Shown one piece after another: positions 61,168 to 64,000 of a stretch of 64,000 nt of DNA. Location: the NCBI GenBank assembly GCA_051251915.1, contig JBPOGF010000013.1:32001-96000 (forward strand). The letters are read 5' to 3'. Under the pieces are notes generated by a model. It saw only the letters and a program-made list of their open reading frames with translations, made no database searches and was not told where the DNA came from. Origin of the DNA: Akkermansiaceae bacterium (GTDB lineage: Bacteria > Verrucomicrobiota > Verrucomicrobiia > Verrucomicrobiales > Akkermansiaceae). The position numbers and the translations under genes were made by a program. Numbering within the stretch: the stretch's first letter is position 1; each line of letters begins with the position of its first letter.

Positions 61168-61899
61168 CTACCTCCTAGTAGCCTCAAACAACCCATCAGT
61201 CTTCCCCTTATACCCCTCAGGATCCACATTATACCAATTACTATTCTGGATCCGTTCCTTATCATAAGGCGGCGCAAAGATATCCACCAACTGCGTAAAC
61301 TCCCGCGCAGCCACTCGGTGAATATTCCTCTCCTTAGAAGTCAGCGTAGAAACCTTACCCTTAGCCAGCATCGCATGGCTCGTCTGCTTCAACAGCACAT
61401 CCTTCTTATTCGCCTTCTCAGCAAACAAATCATAATTCCAAACCTCCACCTCCCCCGTAGCACAAAGCAACACCCCAGTCATCTCCGGATGATCATGATG
61501 TAAAATCTCCTCACCCTTCTCAAACTGAACCAGCGTCACATGATAGTCCACCTGCTTCTCCAACTTAGAAAAATCCACGCGCCCATTCCCCACACCTCTC
61601 TCCTTCGTCATCCTAAAAGCCTTCTCCAAATTCGGATCTTTCAAATCCAATCTAGCCGCAATCGCAGCAGCCTGCTTCACATACTCCACCTCATTCCAGC
61701 TATCCAAATGCTGCTTCCCAGCCTCCACCTCAATAGCCGATAAAAATGCATCCCAGTTAATAGACCCATCCGCCTTCAACCTCCCCTCAAAAGCATTAGC
61801 CCTAGTAGCAAAAGCCGTTATCGCAGGCAACGCCATAGAAATCCCCAAAAACCCCGGAATCGAAGTCTTAATAAAATGCCGTCTATCATACTCATCCAT
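61168..61899 (-). CDS. Tat-exported cupin, PCO/ADO-like thiol dioxygenase family
   Basis: Twin-arginine DRRHFIK signal; HHDHPEMTG, NIH and DIFAPPY motifs. Start at MDEYDRR (61899). Confidence 0.7.
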   Translation of the reverse strand: MDEYDRRHFIKTSIPGFLGISMALPAITAFATRANAFEGRLKADGSINWDAFLSAIEVEAGKQHLDSWNEVEYVKQAAAIAARLDLKDPNLEKAFRMTKERGVGNGRVDFSKLEKQVDYHVTLVQFEKGEEILHHDHPEMTGVLLCATGEVEVWNYDLFAEKANKKDVLLKQTSHAMLAKGKVSTLTSKERNIHRVAAREFTQLVDIFAPPYDKERIQNSNWYNVDPEGYKGKTDGLFEATRR

Positions 61900-61930
61900 A
61901 ACAAAACCATACACAATCCACCCCAAACCG

Positions 61931-61990
61931 CAACCCAAGCTTCCACAACATCAACCAAGTTCCGTGCTTTAAGTGCATTCCGTGGTTCAA
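61931..61990 (+). repeat. Dispersed intergenic REP-like element
   Basis: caacccaag...catcaaccaagttccgtgctttaagtgcattccgtggttcaa, closely similar to 63182-63240. Confidence 0.75.
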
Positions 61991-62090
61991 GCACCGCAGG
62001 TCAAAACCAAAGCCCACAACCCAAGCCGTTTCATCAACCAAGCCCCGATCACCGATCACTGATCACTGCTAACCCCTCAAGCAAAGCGCC

Positions 62091-63104
62091 CTAAATCCCA
62101 AAACTCCTCTTCACCGCCTCCCGCTTCAACCCCAGCTCCCTCCACTCATTCACCAACCGCGACGCCTCTATCACCCCACACCCAGAAGGAACACAAATCT
62201 CATCCCCCTCCCAATGCACCCCACGGATCGTCACCACCGCATGAAACACACCATCCTCCAACACCCCAAACGGAGCACCAAAATAAGCCGGACAATCCAA
62301 CATCTCCCTCCAACGTATCAAATCCTCCATCGTCTCCTGAGTCCTAGGCAACGGCCCCAATGCCGGCGTCGGATGCAACCTCCTAATCAAATCATCAATA
62401 TTCTTATCCCCATACAAGAACACCTCAATCGGCGTATGAAAATGCACCAAAGACCCCAAATCCAAAATACTCCGCTCACTCTTCGTCACCATCCCAATAT
62501 CAGACAACTTAGACACCAACGTCTGCGCCACAAACTCATGCTCCCTAATCTCCTTCTCATCAAAAGCAAACACCTCCTGCTCACCCGCCATCGCCGTCCC
62601 CGCCAGCGCCATCGTATTCAATCTCCCCTTCCTAAAATTAAACAACACCTCAGGCGTCAACCCACAAAACCCAGCATCACCCTTCACCCAAGCATAAGGA
62701 AAAAACGCCTCCTCCTGCGTATTCAACGAATCTAACAAACTCCCCACTCCGCCAGACACAACCTTCCCCCGCTCAGCCGCCACCGGCACAGACTTCTCTA
62801 TCTCCCCCTTACCAATCGCCTGATTAATCTCCGAAAAAACCTTCGCAAACTCCCCCGGATTAAGCTCCTCCCACTCCACCTCCAAAGCCTCACCCTCCCC
62901 CGCAGAAACCGAATCAATCTCCCTAACAGAATAAGGAATCTTCCAAGGCTTCGCATCCGTCAGCGCAAAATCATTCACATAAAACGCCACCCCACTCTTC
63001 GGACAAGCCTCCACCTCAGTGAAAGGCCCCTCGCCAAAAAGAATCTTACCATCCGCCTTCTTCAAAAGCGCAAACTCATTACCCGCTACATTCATGCCCC
63101 GCAA
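62091..63104 (-). CDS. Chorismate-binding protein, isochorismate synthase-like (MenF-like)
   Basis: K.VP, TPEVL, ALAGT, KE.REH.FV, LHPTPALG, R...W and G.G....S....EW.E..K motifs. Confidence 0.85.
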   Translation of the reverse strand: MRGMNVAGNEFALLKKADGKILFGEGPFTEVEACPKSGVAFYVNDFALTDAKPWKIPYSVREIDSVSAGEGEALEVEWEELNPGEFAKVFSEINQAIGKGEIEKSVPVAAERGKVVSGGVGSLLDSLNTQEEAFFPYAWVKGDAGFCGLTPEVLFNFRKGRLNTMALAGTAMAGEQEVFAFDEKEIREHEFVAQTLVSKLSDIGMVTKSERSILDLGSLVHFHTPIEVFLYGDKNIDDLIRRLHPTPALGPLPRTQETMEDLIRWREMLDCPAYFGAPFGVLEDGVFHAVVTIRGVHWEGDEICVPSGCGVIEASRLVNEWRELGLKREAVKRSFGI

Positions 63105-63181
63105 ATAAACCCCACCCCCACCAAATCACCAAGCAAATAAAGTGCCCGAGATTTCCAATCTCCCCAACAACCCAAGCCCCA

Positions 63182-63240
63182 CAACCCAAGTCCCACTCCA
63201 TCAACCAAGTTCAGAGCTTTCAGTGTCTTCCGTGGTTCAA
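63182..63240 (+). repeat. Dispersed intergenic REP-like element
   Basis: caacccaag...catcaaccaagttcagagctttcagtgtcttccgtggttcaa. Confidence 0.75.
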
Positions 63241-63397
63241 AAAAATCCCATCAACCCAAGCCACCAAAGCCCAAGCCAACGAGCAACTCCCCCCCTTTTC
63301 CCAATAATAAGTTGATTTAACTAAATCCTGTGGTAAATAATCTCCAAGAACTGTTCACATAATGAACAGTCGGGAAAGAAATACTTACCCATCATAC

Positions 63398-63754
63398 GGG
63401 GGCGTTTTGGTTTCGACTGGATGTTGGAGGGATAGGTCGCATGTAGAGGTTGATCGGTTGGCCTCTTAAAAAGCCGTTCAAAAAAATAATTGCAGACTCT
63501 AATGAGCTCGCACTTGCTGCTTAATTGACAGTAACGCCGCCGCCTGATCGTCCACGTAGGGCCGCCGCGCAAACTTAGTGGACTGGCTATGAGCCCGGGT
63601 TTCCGGGGTGATTAGTAAGACTAAACAGGAAAATCGAGCGAGAATCAGTGGTTAGCAAGCGACCTCTCCTCTAAACAAAAGTTGCTAACTAAACATGTAG
63701 AAACTTACTTAGAAGACATTTAGGACGCGGGTTCAACTCCCGCCGCCTCCACCA
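63398..63754 (+). ncRNA. ssrA: Transfer-messenger RNA; tag peptide (A)ADSNELALAA
   Basis: 5' GGGGGCG...TTCGAC; 3' GGGTTCAACTCCC-GCCGCCTCCACCA with a G3:U acceptor pair; tag ORF gcagactctaatgagctcgcacttgctgcttaa at 63492-63524. Confidence 0.97.
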
Positions 63755-63758
63755 ATTT

Positions 63759-63792
63759 AAAAAGCCTCAGACTAACCCTCTGAGGCTTTTTT
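63759..63792. terminator. Intrinsic terminator after ssrA
   Basis: AAAAAGCCTCAGA-CTAACCC-TCTGAGGCTTTTTT. Confidence 0.9.
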
Positions 63793-63891
63793 ATTTCAAA
63801 TTACTCCCCATCACCCAGTAGCTCAGAACGCCTGACCTATTCATTACCATCACCCCAAACACATAACCCAAACCAATATTCTTCCCTCCCA

Positions 63892-64000
63892 TCACACCCA
63901 ATGCTCCGGAATCCTCAATCCATAAGTATTCACCACAGACCCCAGATTACTAATAATCCTCTCATGCTCCTCCCTATCATACTCCCCCCCAGCTTTCCTC
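63892..64000 (-). CDS. Possible 3' end of a gene entering from the right edge
   Basis: Open frame ...RKAGGEYDREEHERIISNLGSVVNTYGLRIPEHWV* with G/T-rich codons like other minus-strand genes. Confidence 0.4.
   Translation of the reverse strand, partial: RKAGGEYDREEHERIISNLGSVVNTYGLRIPEHWV

Noticed and set aside
63321..63572. 83-aa minus-strand ORF
   Set aside because: Antisense to the tmRNA gene.
63755..64000. Island integrated at the ssrA 3' end
   Set aside because: Normal terminator follows; only about 240 nt visible, with no integrase or att duplicate. Cannot be excluded beyond the window.

Overview
Bacterial chromosomal window, most likely from a free-living Verrucomicrobiota member (inferred from the tmRNA tag ADSNELALAA, signal-peptide/SHD1-domain proteins, a sulfatase and the gene set; not verified by search). 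Most of it is housekeeping backbone: dtd, rarA, rsfS, tRNA-Ala(GGC), guaB-guaA, obgE, hisG, tatD, miaA, recQ, tex, suhB, ychF, ftsY, amtB, deaD, gmk, a menF-like gene and tmRNA. The backbone shows an extreme C/A-rich plus-strand skew. The main accessory element is an AT-richer block at about 34.7-43.1 kb that lacks this skew. It encodes what looks like a Ralstonia-type Phc fatty-acid-methyl-ester quorum-sensing module: a PhcB-like SAM methyltransferase, a PhcS-like membrane sensor with two kinase modules and an internal receiver, and a PhcQ-like receiver protein. It is flanked by a divergent AraC-type HTH gene and a convergent pair encoding a FadL lipid channel and an HxxxDG acyltransferase. 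Other notable items: a CoA-transferase(apparently inactive)-GNAT-HDAC triple fusion; a Tat-exported PCO/ADO-like thiol dioxygenase; a degenerate 160-bp duplication of the guaA 3' end bracketing a cargo gene; back-to-back sigma-54 promoters for amtB and a porin; recurrent leaderless-type promoters; and a 34-aa bS22-like gene missed by the ORF track. All family calls come from motif recognition by eye.
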